From: Octopus bimaculoides
Taxonomy: Eukaryota
Reading direction: 5' to 3'
NCBI RefSeq assembly: GCF_001194135.2
Contig: NC_069003.1
Location: 17,923,607-17,987,606, forward strand
Length of the DNA: 64,000 bases
Shown: positions 12,006 to 24,647 of the stretch, one piece after another
Numbering within the stretch: the stretch's first letter is position 1
Layout: each line of letters starts with the position of its first letter
The notes under the pieces: model-generated
What the model was told of the DNA's origin: nothing
The model's input: only the letters and a program-made list of their open reading frames with translations
The model's database searches: none
Translations under genes and position numbers: made by a program

Positions 12006-12708
12006 ATTTGGTCACCAAAGCTACATAAAAAGACATTTGGTCAAAGTGCCATAAAGTAAGATAGAACCTGAAACTAGATGGTTGCAAAGCAAACTTATTA
12101 ACCATGTAGCTATGCTTGCAACTAAAAAGCCTAATCCTGCATAAATGATTTATCTTTATTCTGATTGGTTGGCTTATTTTTAATTTGATTGGATTTTAAC
12201 ATGGGATTTGCCAATTCCTGCTATATCAGGAATTTAGCTGAGAGTCATCGTCATCATTGTTCTAATGTCCACTTTTTCATGCTTGCATGTGTACAGTGGA
12301 GTTTATTGAGGAGGATTTTCTAAGACTGGACACCCTTCCTGTCACCAACCCTCACCTGTTTCCAAGTAAGGTAATATTTCCCCATGACCAGACTTATTTT
12401 TCAAGGAAGATTGAATCAAAGAATACTGCTTGCATGATGGTGACACTTGTTTACACTATCACAATATCAAGACAAGGAGACAATAAACACACACATGTAA
12501 AAAGCTTCTTTCAGTTTTCATCCACCAAATCCACTTTGGTCAACTTGGGGCTGTAGTAGAAGATATTTGCCCAAGGTGTCATGCAAGGGGGGTGAACCCA
12601 GAACCATGTAATTGGGAAACAAACTTGTTACCAGACAATTATGCCTGTTTTAAGCCTAAAATTCCAAGTAAACCAGAAATGTAGCTTGAACTTTTCATGT
12701 TATATTAC

Positions 12709-12840
12709 CTCAGCTTCAATATAAGGGTATTCCTCATGCAGCCGCCGACCAAAAATAGGCCATCTTTTACCAGTCATTCCAGCCATTTTAGCCACTTTGT
12801 ATGCCCTGTCTCCATATGTCCCTGCAAGATGTTGTGCAAC
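12709..12840 (-). CDS. GPD2: GPD2 exon (VAQHLAGTYGDRAYKVAKMAGMTGKRWPIFGRRLHEEYPYIEAE)
   Basis: Hand translation in a frame different from the ORF track; HLxxTYGD...PYIEAE. Acceptor tccttatag|, donor GAG|gtaata; 132 nt, phase 0 to 0. Confidence 0.97.
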
Positions 12841-13016
12841 CTATAAGGGAAACAAAAAATATATAAAAAAAACAAATGGGAAAGAAACAAACAACAAACT
12901 AAAAAAAAGGGGTAACAAAATACATTAAAATTTAAAATGAAATTAAAAAACTCAAATATTATCATCACCACTTCCACCTGTTTCTTTTCAATATTTAGTT
13001 ATATAATCATAACAAT

Positions 13017-13371
13017 CCTTTCTACTATAGGGACAAGACCTAAAATGTTGGGGCTAGTCAATTATGTCAACCTCAGTGGTCAACTGGTACTTATTTTATT
13101 GACCCCGAAAAAATGAAAAGCAAAGTCTATCTTGGTAGAAGGATGATAATAATAATAATAATGGTTTCAAATTTTGGCACAAGGCCAGCAAGTTCGAGGT
13201 AATGGGTAAGTAGATTATATCAACCCCAGGACTTAGCTTGTACTTATTTTATTGATCCCAAAAAGATGAAAGGCAAAGTCAATCTCAGTGGAATTTGAGT
13301 TCAAAACATAAAGATGGATGAAATGTCGCTAAGTATTTTGCTTGGCATGCTAACAATTCTGCAGCTCGCCA

Positions 13372-13404
<33 letters not shown>

Positions 13405-13641
13405 TAGTAATAATAATAATAATAATCCTTTCTACTAAAGGCACAAGGCCTGAAATTTGGAAGAAGGGGACTAGTTGATTACATCAACCCCAGTGTTCCA
13501 CTGGTACTTAATTCATTGACTCTGAAAGGATGAGAGCTTAAGTCAACCTCAGCAAAATTTGGGCTCAGAATGTAAAGAAGGATGAAATGTTGCTAAGCAT
13601 TTTTTCCAGGGTGCTAACAATTTTGGCAGCTCACTGCCCTA

Positions 13642-13680
<39 letters not shown>

Positions 13681-13865
13681 CTTGGCACAAGGCCAGCAAC
13701 TTCAGAGAAGGGAGCAAGTTGATCACATTGACCCCAGTACTCAAATGGTACTTATTTTATCAATCCCGAAAGAAGAAAGGCAAAGTCAACCTCAGTGGAA
13801 TTTGAACTCAGAAACGTGAGCATTTTGCCTGGGATGCTAATATTTGTGCCAACTCACCACCTTAC
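13017..13865 (-). mobile_element. Four tandem copies of tRNA-derived SINE family B separated by (AAT)n tracts
   Basis: Repeated GGCACAAGGCC...CTGGTACTTATTTTAT.GA.CC.GAAAGGATGAAAGGCAAAGTCAACCTC...GAATTTGAACTCAGAA unit at about 13017, 13163, 13426 and 13680. Confidence 0.8.
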
Positions 13866-14600
13866 ATAATAATAATAACGATAATGTCTAGGATTAAAAT
13901 GATGAGCTGCAGCAAATATTCTGCTCAATACCACAGATTAGCTTGACCAGTTGAGTATGTCGCTTAGTGGCTGGTGATATGTGCATCTCTGATCATGAGC
14001 AGTCGAGGAACATCATGGACACAGGCTGAGATGGATTCTTTGGGGTTTGAATAATTCACCTCTGCAGCTGTGTTTCATTCAGGGACCTATTGAGCAGGAC
14101 AGGCTACTTGGCCTGAAGAAAATTCTAACTGAGCCCCACCTGCAAGGTCATGCACTGTTTATCATGCACATATGGTTGTGATGCATGTGCCTGGCGTGCC
14201 CTTATCAGATGGATAAATATATTGGGCTTCGTGTATTTGTATCGCAGTGTCACTTTGATGACATGCGCTGCTCTCTCAGATAATAATAATAATAATGGTT
14301 TCTGATTGAGGTACAAGGCCAACAATTTTGGTGGGTAGGTACATGGCTGTTCAAGATACAAAAAAAATAGCAACCAAATCTCCCTCAAATTCCACCTTAC
14401 TATCTTACTATGAAGCAACACATTGGATAATTTGATCTTAAATACATAATACCCAAGAAGAACAGGATGGTCATGGCTGGAATGCTTTTTGCCATAGTTC
14501 TCCTCAATCAAGGCTAACCTGCCTAGGGCTAAACAACAACAAGAGTGTCACACAAAAAGATAAAAAATAAAAGCTGTTTTAACATGAATTAAAACCTTAC

Positions 14601-14782
14601 TTCATTTTCTAAGCCAAAGTCTTGTACAAGCCGGATAAACAGAGTTGGTGACCATTCGTGGGCGCCATCTAGCAGAAGACCCTTGGTCTGACAAGTTGGA
14701 GTCTTGGGTTTCAATCCACAAACCTTGACTGCTTTATCGATGGTTTCTTCAGCCATATGTCTGTAAGTGGTCCACTTTCCCC
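14601..14782 (-). CDS. GPD2: GPD2 exon (GGKWTTYRHMAEETIDKAVKVCGLKPKTPTCQTKGLLLDGAHEWSPTLFIRLVQDFGLENE)
   Basis: GGKWTTYRxMAE signature. Acceptor ttctacag|, donor GAA|gtaagg; 182 nt, phase 1 to 0. Confidence 0.97.
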
Positions 14783-15420
14783 CTGTAGAAGCCAATGTTG
14801 TTGCCATTATATTCTTTATATAAATTGACACTTATGTTTTATTTCCTTCTTAAAGTAGAGTATATGACAGATATTAATAGGAATATATATTTCAACCACT
14901 GTGGTATAGCTACAATAATAATATTACAGTGATACTAGAATTATGATTTATTATTTACATGGTAAATGAACACTAATGAAATAAATACTAATGTTCAAAA
15001 TAAGAAATGTTTATTGAACGAAATATTAGATTAAGAGTGAAGGCATGTGGCCAAGTGGATAGGGTTTTGCATTTGCAATCACAAACTCATGGTTTCAATT
15101 CTCAGGCTAGTAGTGTATTATGTTATTGAGCAGAACATTTCCTTTTATTTTGCTCCAGTACATTCAGCAGTAAATGGGTAATTCTGCAATGGACTGGTGT
15201 TTCATTCAGGTGGAATGTTGGCCTACCTGCCAGCTTAGCCAATGGGATGGCAACATATGAAAACTGCAATACTGCAAGGAGGTGCACTGTGACCAGCAGT
15301 GTATAACAACACCTGATAATCTGGTAATACAGTAATATGATATAGTAATGCACTGATTATATTAAAACAAATTTCTCATTTGCATATTTGCAATAAATAT
15401 ATTTTATCAATAACAATAGA

Positions 15421-15955
15421 TACAGGTGTAGTTGTGTGGTTAAGAAGCTTGTTTCCTAACCACATGGTTTCAGGTTCAGTCCCACTGCATGACATCTTGG
15501 ACAAATGTCTTCTATAGCCGTAGGCCAACCAAAGCCTTGTGAGAGGATTTAGTAGACAGAAATTGAAAGAAGCCTATTGTGTGTGTATGTGTGTGTGCAT
15601 ATCTTTTACTTGTTTCACTCATTAGACTGTGGCCATGCTGGGGATACACCTTGAAGAATTTTTAGTCGAATGAATTAACCCCAGTATTTATTTTTTTTGT
15701 GTTAATCATAGTACTTAGTGTATCAGTCTCTTTTGTTGGACTGCTAAGTTTTGAGGATGTAAACACTGGTTATCAAGCAGTGGTAGAGAACAAACACTGA
15801 CACAAAGGTACACACACACACACATATATATACGACAGGCTTCTTTCAGATTCCATCTACCAAATCCATTCACAAAGCTTTGGTCAGCCCAAGGTTATTG
15901 TAGAAGACACTTACCCAAGTCGCCAAGCAGTGGGACTGAACCTGGAACCATGGAG
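15421..15955. mobile_element. Two family-A SINEs in opposite orientation (15421-15590 +, 15600-15955 -)
   Basis: Head/body sequence at 15421-15575 and its reverse complement at 15835-15955. Confidence 0.8.
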
Positions 15956-17023
15956 TTGAATGTTTGCATCTCCTTTACATCGCATGATAGTTGTAAGTAA
16001 GTGTCACTGTCGTACAAGTAGTGTCACTCATTTCCAATATGATGCAAAAACATGTCTGGCCATGAGAAAATATTATCTTACTGGGAAACAGATGAGGGTT
16101 GGAGACAGGAAGGGCATCCAGCTGTAGAAAATCTGCCTCAACAAACTCTGTCTAACTCATGCAAGCACGGAAGGGTGGATATTAAAATGGTGATGATAAT
16201 GAATATTGATTAATTCTCAATAAATTTTAGATGTAACATTGCCTGATATTACCCACAATGGCCAAAGTATATTCTAACATAATGTGTCCTATGACAGGTA
16301 ATAAATATTTTCGAGTTAGTAAATAGTAACTAAGGGACACAAATCCAATAAGACCAGAGCGATAGCAAGACAGCAAAATCGAGATAATTTGCAATTGTAT
16401 CAATAGAAAAAAATTTAATATTGATTTTTAACAAAGAAACAAGATCACAAATTGTAAGTGAGAGCCCCAATTTATGACTGGTACTTTATTTTATCAGACA
16501 CCTCACCACACTGCTATAGAAGAATGAAAAGTAAAGTTGACCACAGCAGAATTTTAAGTCAAAAACATAAAACAGCTGAAGAAATCCTGCTTAATATTTC
16601 ATTTGATGCACTAATAATTCTGTTAACAACAACAACAATGATAATGATTTCAAATTTTGGTACAAGGCCAGCAATTTTGGGAGAGAGGATTAGTTGACTC
16701 TAGTGATCAAGTGGTACTTATTTTTTTATCAATCCCAGTGAAATTTGAACTCAGAATGTAAAGACAGACAAAATGCACAAATAATAATAATCTTTTCTAC
16801 TAAAGGTACATGGCCTGAAATTTTTTTGGGGGGGAGGGTAAGGCGATTACATCAAGGTCAGTACATAACTGGTACTTATCTAATTGACCCTGAAAGGATG
16901 AAAGGCAAAGTCGACCTCAGTGGAATTTGAACTCAGAACATAAGGACGGACAAATTTGCCACTGAGCATTTTGCCTGGTGTGCTAACAATTCTGCCAGTT
17001 TACTGCCTTAATAATCATAATAA

Positions 17024-17780
17024 CTAGACTACCTGTGACCTGTTGGGTCACCAATAGTTCAAGGTATCCCCCAAAAAACATGTATCTCAGGAACCAATGG
17101 TCCAATTTACACAAAACTTGTTTTATTCCGTTTGTATTCACATTTCAATGGTACCTTACTTTCAGAGTATTTTTCCATTATGTGCTGGTTTTGCTATTTA
17201 TAAAAGTTTTCACAGTAAAAGGCAATAACACCAGGTTTCACTGCTTAAACTTGTGGAGACAAACGAAAAAAAAACCATGTATCTCGGGAATCTGTGGTCT
17301 GATTTATGCGAAACTTGTTTTATTCTGTTTGTATTCACATTTCAGGGGTCCCTTACTTTGAGAGTATTTTCCCATTATGTACTGGTTTGGCTGTATTAAA
17401 TTACAGACAAGCACGCATGCAAGCAAACACAGAAACAAAACTAGCATAACTACAAATGTAACATTCACTAACTTTGTTACCTCATAACTTCCAGAAAAAT
17501 GGATATTTTTTAATGAAATTTCCAACAAATACCATTTAGATGCTGTGGATTCAGAGTATATCGGGATTTATGAGAAAAATCTTTTTGATGGGGTAGGGAG
17601 AGGAGTTTCGGAAAATTCACATGATCTGACTTTTTTTCCCCATAACTTTCAGGAAAATGGATATCTTTTAATGAAATTTCATACAAATACCTTTCAGATG
17701 GCATAGATTATGATTATAAAGAAATTTGTGGGGGAAATTTTTTCCGAAGGTGTGGGGAGAGGAGTTTCAAAAAATGAAGT
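17024..17780 (-). mobile_element. Non-autonomous Helitron-like element with internal direct repeats
   Basis: Minus-strand 3' end GGTGACCCAACAGGTCACAGGTAGT-CTAG (hairpin + CTAG). Internal duplicated blocks AAAATGGATAT.TTT.AATGAAATTT and CTTGTTTTATTC.GTTTGTATTCACATTTCA. Confidence 0.6.
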
Positions 17781-18129
17781 TTCGGATCAGGAAGACCATT
17801 TTGACAGAGTCAGAAGAAATGCCACTAATCATTTCGTCCAACAGGCAAACAATTCTGCCAGTTCACTGACTTAATTCTTTCTAATTTTTGGCACAAGGCC
17901 AGCCATTTTAAGGGAAGGAGGGATTGATAACATTGACCCCCAGTATTCAACATTATTAAGGATGAAAGGATGAAAGGTAAAGTTGATTCTTGGCAAGATT
18001 TGGGAGAAATGTTGCAAAGCATTTTGTCCAATGCTGAATTCTTATTCAACATTTTAATTCATCTTTTCCAGCTTTGGCACAAGACCAGCAATTTTTAAGG
18101 GAATGTTAAGTCATTCCTTTCAGTTTTGT

Positions 18130-20610
18130 CCACCAGACAAAGGAAAACTGCCTTGCCTGCCCAATTAAAGGAGGGCAGCAGGGCAATCATCACTATAGAC
18201 TTGGCTGACAGACAGATCCATCCCACATGCAACAGCAGCTGTTCAACATAACTTCACAAGTCAGCAATGCCCAGACACTGAATGAGTGCAGGCAGAATGG
18301 TTTTGTCAGTCTGCAAACACCTCAGACAAGCCTGTCTGACAGCACATCTGCAGAGTAGCACTGTCAAGCCAAAGACATCTGGAAATGGGTCCAAAACTGG
18401 CTGCTTTAAGGACGGCTTCCAAGTAGCGATGGTCGACACTATTGAAAGCTTTTGACTGATCTAAATTGATCAGGACCCCACCAAAGCCAGCTTTAGTTCC
18501 AGCCCTCTCTATGACGTACTGCTTGGAATTGGGCATGTTTGTGCCGATCCAACCAGACAACCAACAACAAGCACCAACATTTTTGCTAACACCTTGGCCA
18601 GAATCTTAAACTCAGTGTTTAGCAGAGTTATGCGCCAAAAATTCCCTAGCACATCCCCATTGTCGGTGTCCTTTCTCAGCAGTGTTACCACACCCTAACT
18701 AACAGCACTAGGAATTCCCCCATTCTGCTGCCAGTTACTGTAGACGTCTGCCAAGAAGCTGCCAAACAAATCTGGCAAATTTGTTTGACATGAATACATA
18801 GAATATGTAGGGCAGACTGACCAAACCAGGCGATTTGAGACTTCTGCAATCACTCATTGCCTCCTGTATTTCAGTGGCTGTAATTGGCTTTCTGCAGAAT
18901 CTCACATCTGTTACTGAGAGCTGTGGTAGGCCATCCAGGTATGAAGTAAAGTCTGCTACCATCATCGACCCATTACCTTCCCCAAACAGCTGTGCAAAGC
19001 ACTGCTGGAAAACTGCACACGTCTGCTTGGAACACGTCCTGATCCGTCAAAGACTTGATTGTGGTTTTGTTTCTGAGTCATGTCTTTACCATTCAGGCCC
19101 ATCAGATGGCTTTAGTTCCTTCATGTTTTAGTGCATGTGTCTTAGCTCTGACAATGCACCCTTTGTGTTTCGCCTCAAAGAAATGGTCAAGAGCCATTCT
19201 TACTGCTAATACGTTGGTTGTGATGCCTTTACTAATAGCCTCTTCTAGTTTGCTAACTAGTTCTCCCTCTAATCTATTTCATTCTATTGCTAAATCTTTG
19301 CTGAACACTATCGGTTCTACTTTAATTGCTCTCCTCAGAGCGATCCACCACCGGTTGTTGACAACTGCTCCCATCAGCTGCCACTTGACTAGTTTGCTAA
19401 CCTGGTCTCTGTAGTCTTTGCGAGCCAGTAAGGACACATTCAACTTCCAGTAACCGGGTCCGTCTACAGGTCCTACTTAAGTTGACTGAGCATATCACAA
19501 ATTTGTGATCTGTGTAGCCAACCAATTTAAATTGTGGTCAACCTATGCTATCCCTATCCTCTGACCTAACAAATACTCTATCTAAATACGATCTGGATGA
19601 CTTGCTGTAGTTGCTCCAGTCCACTCTGGCACATCAAGGAAATCCAGTCAGCACCTGTCAGAAAACTGGAAAGTCCTGAGCAGGTTTCCGAGGCTTTTAC
19701 ACCCCCTTCTACTGTGTACTAAACCCACACAGTCCTTCCATGTGTCCAAAATACTATTCCAGTCCCCCACTAGTACTAATGTTTCTGGACGCCTGAAGAA
19801 ATCTGATCTTCCAGCCCCTGTTGGGGCATAAACCGCCACCAGTCTAAAGGTGCCACCTTCACTGCCCTTCACATCCAGGACCACCATCCTACCATCCAGG
19901 CCCAGGAAGATAGCCTGTACTTGGAGATCTAAGGATTTCCGGAGTAGCATTGCAACACCACCACCCAATCTCCCACTGAGAATACCTAAACTTGACCAGT
20001 TTTGTTTTGGTATTTTCTTGACCTCCAAGATTGTCACATCTTCTTCATCTAAACCTGCCAAGACGGCCACCACTAACCAGGTGACGGATATTCTAGCTTT
20101 TTCTTCACTCCCAAGTCTCACCTCGATAGTTCTAAACTTCTTTCCTCGAGTGATATGGGTCTTCTGTTTCCACACACACCCAAAGCATTTTTGTATTTCA
20201 CTCTCAGATGCATTTTCCACCTGCCGAGATTTAGTTCCAATGCAATGGTGAGTGACTGTGCATCTCAAGATATTCTCTATGACATCAGAAGGAGGGTTTA
20301 GGGCTACCCTTCTCTCGTTCCTTTTAACAATTTCCCTTGCTATTTTTAAATCTTCTTCATCTATGCAAACATTTTCCAAATTTCTCACCGCAATTGCAAA
20401 AGAAATCATTGTAGCAGAGGTGGTTGTGGTATAGTGGTGATATTTGCATTTCTATGTTTCATTTCTTTAGTATTGTTGTTGTTGTCACTGCTGCTGCTGT
20501 TGCTGTTGTTGTTACTGTCATTGTTGTCACCGAAAGTGTTGATGCTACTTAGAGACGAACCAGTATTTACCTTGGTGACATCATTAAGCGTAGGCCATTC
20601 TATTATCAGC
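18130..20610 (-). mobile_element. Tx1-like (L1 clade) LINE, decayed, with ORF1, APE and RT fragments
   Basis: APE: GGGVAMLLRK...RLVAVYAPT...LVLVGDWNSILD. RT: KSPGL, ITLLNTEFKILAKVLA, INLDQSKAFNSVDHRYL. Upstream ORF1-like sequence runs to about 20600. Confidence 0.82.
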
Positions 20611-21162
20611 TGTCTTTAAATAATTAAAGAAAATTGCAAAATATTTACTTTTGCCAAAAGTAGTTAGAATTCAAAAATTATTGATGCACACCCCCTGCAA
20701 AGTAGGGGGTGATTCTACACAAAAATACTATCATTGCAATCCAGACAATCTCAGAAATGCAATGGTAACAATAAAAATGAAAACATGAGGCCAAAGAAGG
20801 CTAAAAGGATTACAAACATTATTTCAACTTAAGGAGCTTCAAATTTCCATGACTTTGCAGTATGGGAACCATATTATTATTATTATTATTATTATTAATA
20901 ATAATAATAATGGTTTCAAATTTTGCGACAAGGGCAGCAATTTTAAGGGAGGAAATGAATCGATTACATTGACCCTATTGTTCAACTGGTACTTATTTTA
21001 TCAACCCTGAAAGGATGAAAAGCAAAGTCAACCATGGCAGAATTTGAACTCAGAATGTAAGCATTTTTCCCGGCGTGCTAATGATTCTGCCAGTTCACCA
21101 CCTTCTTTATAATATCAATAACAAAGTCTTTAAATAAACGAATGACAAGACTTGCAACTTAC

Positions 21163-21297
21163 CAGCAATGGTGATCAGATTATCATCAGACACTTCAATG
21201 ATGTGGTTCCGAGCTAGAGATTGTGTATCGGATTTGTTTGGGTCTCTGACTAGAGGACGGATGCCACTCCATGCTGACAAGACATCACCACGACGAA
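21163..21297 (-). CDS. GPD2: GPD2 exon (VRRGDVLSAWSGIRPLVRDPNKSDTQSLARNHIIEVSDDNLITIAG)
   Basis: DVLSAWSGIRPL motif. Acceptor ccattttcag|, donor CTG|gtaagt; 135 nt, phase 1 to 1. Confidence 0.97.
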
Positions 21298-21869
21298 CTG
21301 AAAATGGTTCAGAAACATTTAAAGGAATTTAATAAAATTAAAATGACTTAAACAATTATACACATTGGGTGGAGTGTAGAAATGGAATGGAGACTCGTAA
21401 AAATACCCTATATTTCCACACTGTTGCTAGAGTTATTTTAATGTCCGTTTTCAAGTTGGTATGGGAATGTTGTTTTTGTTTCTTTTTTACAGCTTAGTCA
21501 GAGGGAAAACGACAACACCTACGACCATTTTGCATGGTAGGGGAAGTCCCTGGGGTAAAGAGAGAGGAGTTACTGCAGTAGGGAGCAACATCATATCAAG
21601 ATGATGTTATATAGAAAAGAAATGGATGGATGGCATGAGTAGATGAATAGATGGCTGGCTGGGCATGGAGGTGAATGGATAGGTCGATAAATGAATAGAT
21701 GGCTGAAAGTGTTGGTTGGCAAACTGGAGAGTTTGATTAAATGAACAAATGGATGAACCGGTGGATGCAAAGATGAATGGAAAAGTTAGAGTGGGTGGAT
21801 GCGGAGTGGGAAGGATGCATGGATAAACAGACAGACTGATACAGACAACCATGGAAGATTCCTACAAAC

Positions 21870-21977
21870 CTCTGACATCAGGATTAAGATAATTTCTAAT
21901 CTCTGTTAATATAAATTGAATTTCCTTCTCAGTTGGTTGTGGAAAATCTGAAACCTCACATTCATTGTCTGTGGTAC
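21870..21977 (-). CDS. GPD2: GPD2 exon (GTTDNECEVSDFPQPTEKEIQFILTEIRNYLNPDVR)
   Basis: GTTD...FILxEIRNYL motif found by hand. Acceptor tattatag|, donor GAG|gtttgt; 108 nt, phase 1 to 1. Confidence 0.95.
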
Positions 21978-22146
21978 CTATAATATAAACAAAGAGAACA
22001 CATTAGATCTGTGGTACCATTGATGTAAACACAGAACATGGTGGTGGTGGTGGTGGTGGTGGTGGTGATCTGGTGTATAGTAATAGCTTTTGGCTCATGA
22101 TGACAGTGATGATGATGATATTAAATTAGAAAAAGTAACACTGTAC

Positions 22147-22232
22147 CTGCTAGAGTGACTTTCTGCCAAGGTAGAAAAAATATCACCCTTCCATCACTGG
22201 TTGATGGATCTAGTAAACCCATGTGAGAGGGG
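22147..22232 (-). CDS. GPD2: GPD2 exon (PSHMGLLDPSTSDGRVIFFLPWQKVTLAG)
   Basis: Not in the ORF track; found by hand via DGRVIFFLPW. Acceptor tttttccaag|, donor CAG|gtacag; 86 nt, phase 2 to 1. Confidence 0.96.
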
Positions 22233-22759
22233 CTTGGAAAAAAAAGATTTAAATAAAATTAAAACAAAAATTAGAGAGATTTAAAAGAAAATTCAAGAGG
22301 AAGTGGAGGAGGGGAGGAGAACAAGAAGGTGAGAGAAAAGGAGGAGAAGAAAGAAACCAGGCAAGAGAGAAAAATGAGAAATAAAAGAGGTGATAGTGAC
22401 AGGAGATGTAACAGTGAAATGGAAGAGAGAAACAATGAGAATATAAGGTCAGTCATTTGAGAGAAAGAATAACAAACATTTTAGGGTTTTTTTTGTTGTT
22501 AACTATTCATTATGAGTACATCTTTTCTATTTACTAATACCTTACCAAATCACATTACCAATGCTGTTTTACACCATCTTGCCAGATCCAAATTACCTAA
22601 ATCAACTTACTGACCCCAGAACACCTTATCTATCCTTATCCCCACAAACAACAAACCTGCCCAACTCCACAACACCTTACCAGTCACATACCATCTTACT
22701 CACAACTCACATCTTACTCCCACTGACCTCACAACAAACCTGTCTCACAACAGTACTTG

Positions 22760-22803
<44 letters not shown>

Positions 22804-22805
<2 letters not shown>

Positions 22806-23970
22806 GGGTGTCCCAGAAAGATTTTGTTTGTCTATAACAGTTTGTAGACAAACATGGAATTGAAAGCAAAATGTGACCAGATTGTCACTTTGAAAACAGC
22901 TGGAGTGAGCAACAAGGACATAACAAAACAGTTGAATGTGTACTGTAAAACAGTGTTCAATACCTGGAAATGATACATGAAGTCTGCTACTGCCTCTAGC
23001 AAGCTAATTCCTGGTAGAAAATGATCAATTCATATCAAACAAACTGTTGGAGCTGTGAAGAAGCAAATGAACTGAAATCCCTGCAGGTATGCAAGACAAA
23101 CTGCAAAAGCTCTTGATATTTCAAAATCGTCAATGCACGGGATTTTTAAAGAGGATTTAAAACTAACTGCATACAAGAAAAAATCCCAGCAGTTAATTTC
23201 AGCAGCTTCCAAGAAGAAATGGCTCGACAGGGGTAAAACCACATTAGCTGAGGGGAGGTGCACTGCTAACAAAGTGTTGATCTGGTCTGACAAGAAGATC
23301 TTCACTGTGGAGGCAGTTACCAACAAGCAGAATGACAGGCTTTATGCATGTAATACAGCTGACTTGCCCAAAGGTCGTCAGAAGACAGCTTCACTCATGG
23401 TGGTCACAGTTGCATCTGATGGGTCCAAAACTCCCTTGATCTTCATTGATGCTGGTGTCATGATCAACAGTGAAGTTAATGTGGAAATGTTGGATGGGAA
23501 AGTGTTACCCTGGGTCACAGAAACCTTTGGTGATCGTTACATCTTCACTCAATATGGGGCTCCAGCCCACACACCTAATTTGACACAGCGGTGGTGCAAA
23601 GAGCATTCCAGTGGTTTCTGGGACAAGACAATATGGCCTCCCTTAATCAATCCCATGGACTTTGCTATCTGGTCCACCTTAGAGAGTAATGTTTCTGCTC
23701 GCTCTTATTCAAATGTGATATTTATGAAGAAAGCCCTTCTGTCTTCATGGGTCAAGTTGGATGAAGAGGTGGTATGGTGCTCATGCAACTCAGTGACCAC
23801 TCATTTGCAGGCTATGATCAAGGTGAAAGGTGGTCACTTTGAAATGTAATTACTGCAATGGATTGACAATTTACATTAGAACGTGTGTGCCAAATTTCAT
23901 TATCCTACCTTAAGTTTATTTTGAATAATCATGAACTATCACTGGGTAAATATTTCTGGGATGCCCTGTA
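22804..23970 (+). mobile_element. Tc1/mariner-superfamily transposon (DD37D/maT-like), near full length, inactivated
   Basis: TIRs CAGGGTGTCCCAGAAA (22804) and TTTCTGGGATGCCCTG-TA (ends 23968). Transposase from ATG 22854 to TAA 23849 with a stop and frameshifts; motifs IWSDKKIF, TQYGAPAH, WPPLINPMDFAIW. Confidence 0.88.
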
Positions 23971-24647
23971 TGTATAAGATTATCATCATTTAACATGTAT
24001 TTTCCATGCTGGCATAGGTTGGATGGTTCAAGAGGAGCTGACCAGAGAGTTAGAGGACTCTGCCAAACTCCAATGTCTGCTTTAGCAAGGTCTCTATAGC
24101 TGGATACTTTTCCTAATGTCGACCACTTTACTGGATACTTTTTACATGGCATTAGTGAGGTCATCATGTGAATTGCAAGACAAGACACACAATGAAGGGG
24201 GTATAAAGGTGGCTTTATGATACATGTCATATGACTGATCACGCTATTGGATGTTGTTATATATATTGCTGCTTCACATCATTTTAGCTTTCAAATGATG
24301 CCACCCTGCTAGCTAGACAAGCAGGACAATATCTCCCCTGATTGGAAGGCTAATCTGTTGCAGGGTTATCCATTTACAGCTGAGTGGACTGGAGCAATGT
24401 AAAATGAAGTGTTTTGATCAAGAACACAACATGTTGCTTGGCCCAGAAATTGAACCCATGATCTAGTGATCAAGAGTGCAACACCCTTAACCATTAAGCC
24501 ATGTACCTTCACATTCTATAATACACACACACACACACATCATATCTTATATCACCTTCTCCTAATTCCTCAGCTCCTCTCTCTCATTCAATAACTGACA
24601 ATATAAAAATGACTCCTACGACTGGAGTCAACTTCCTGAATATTCAC

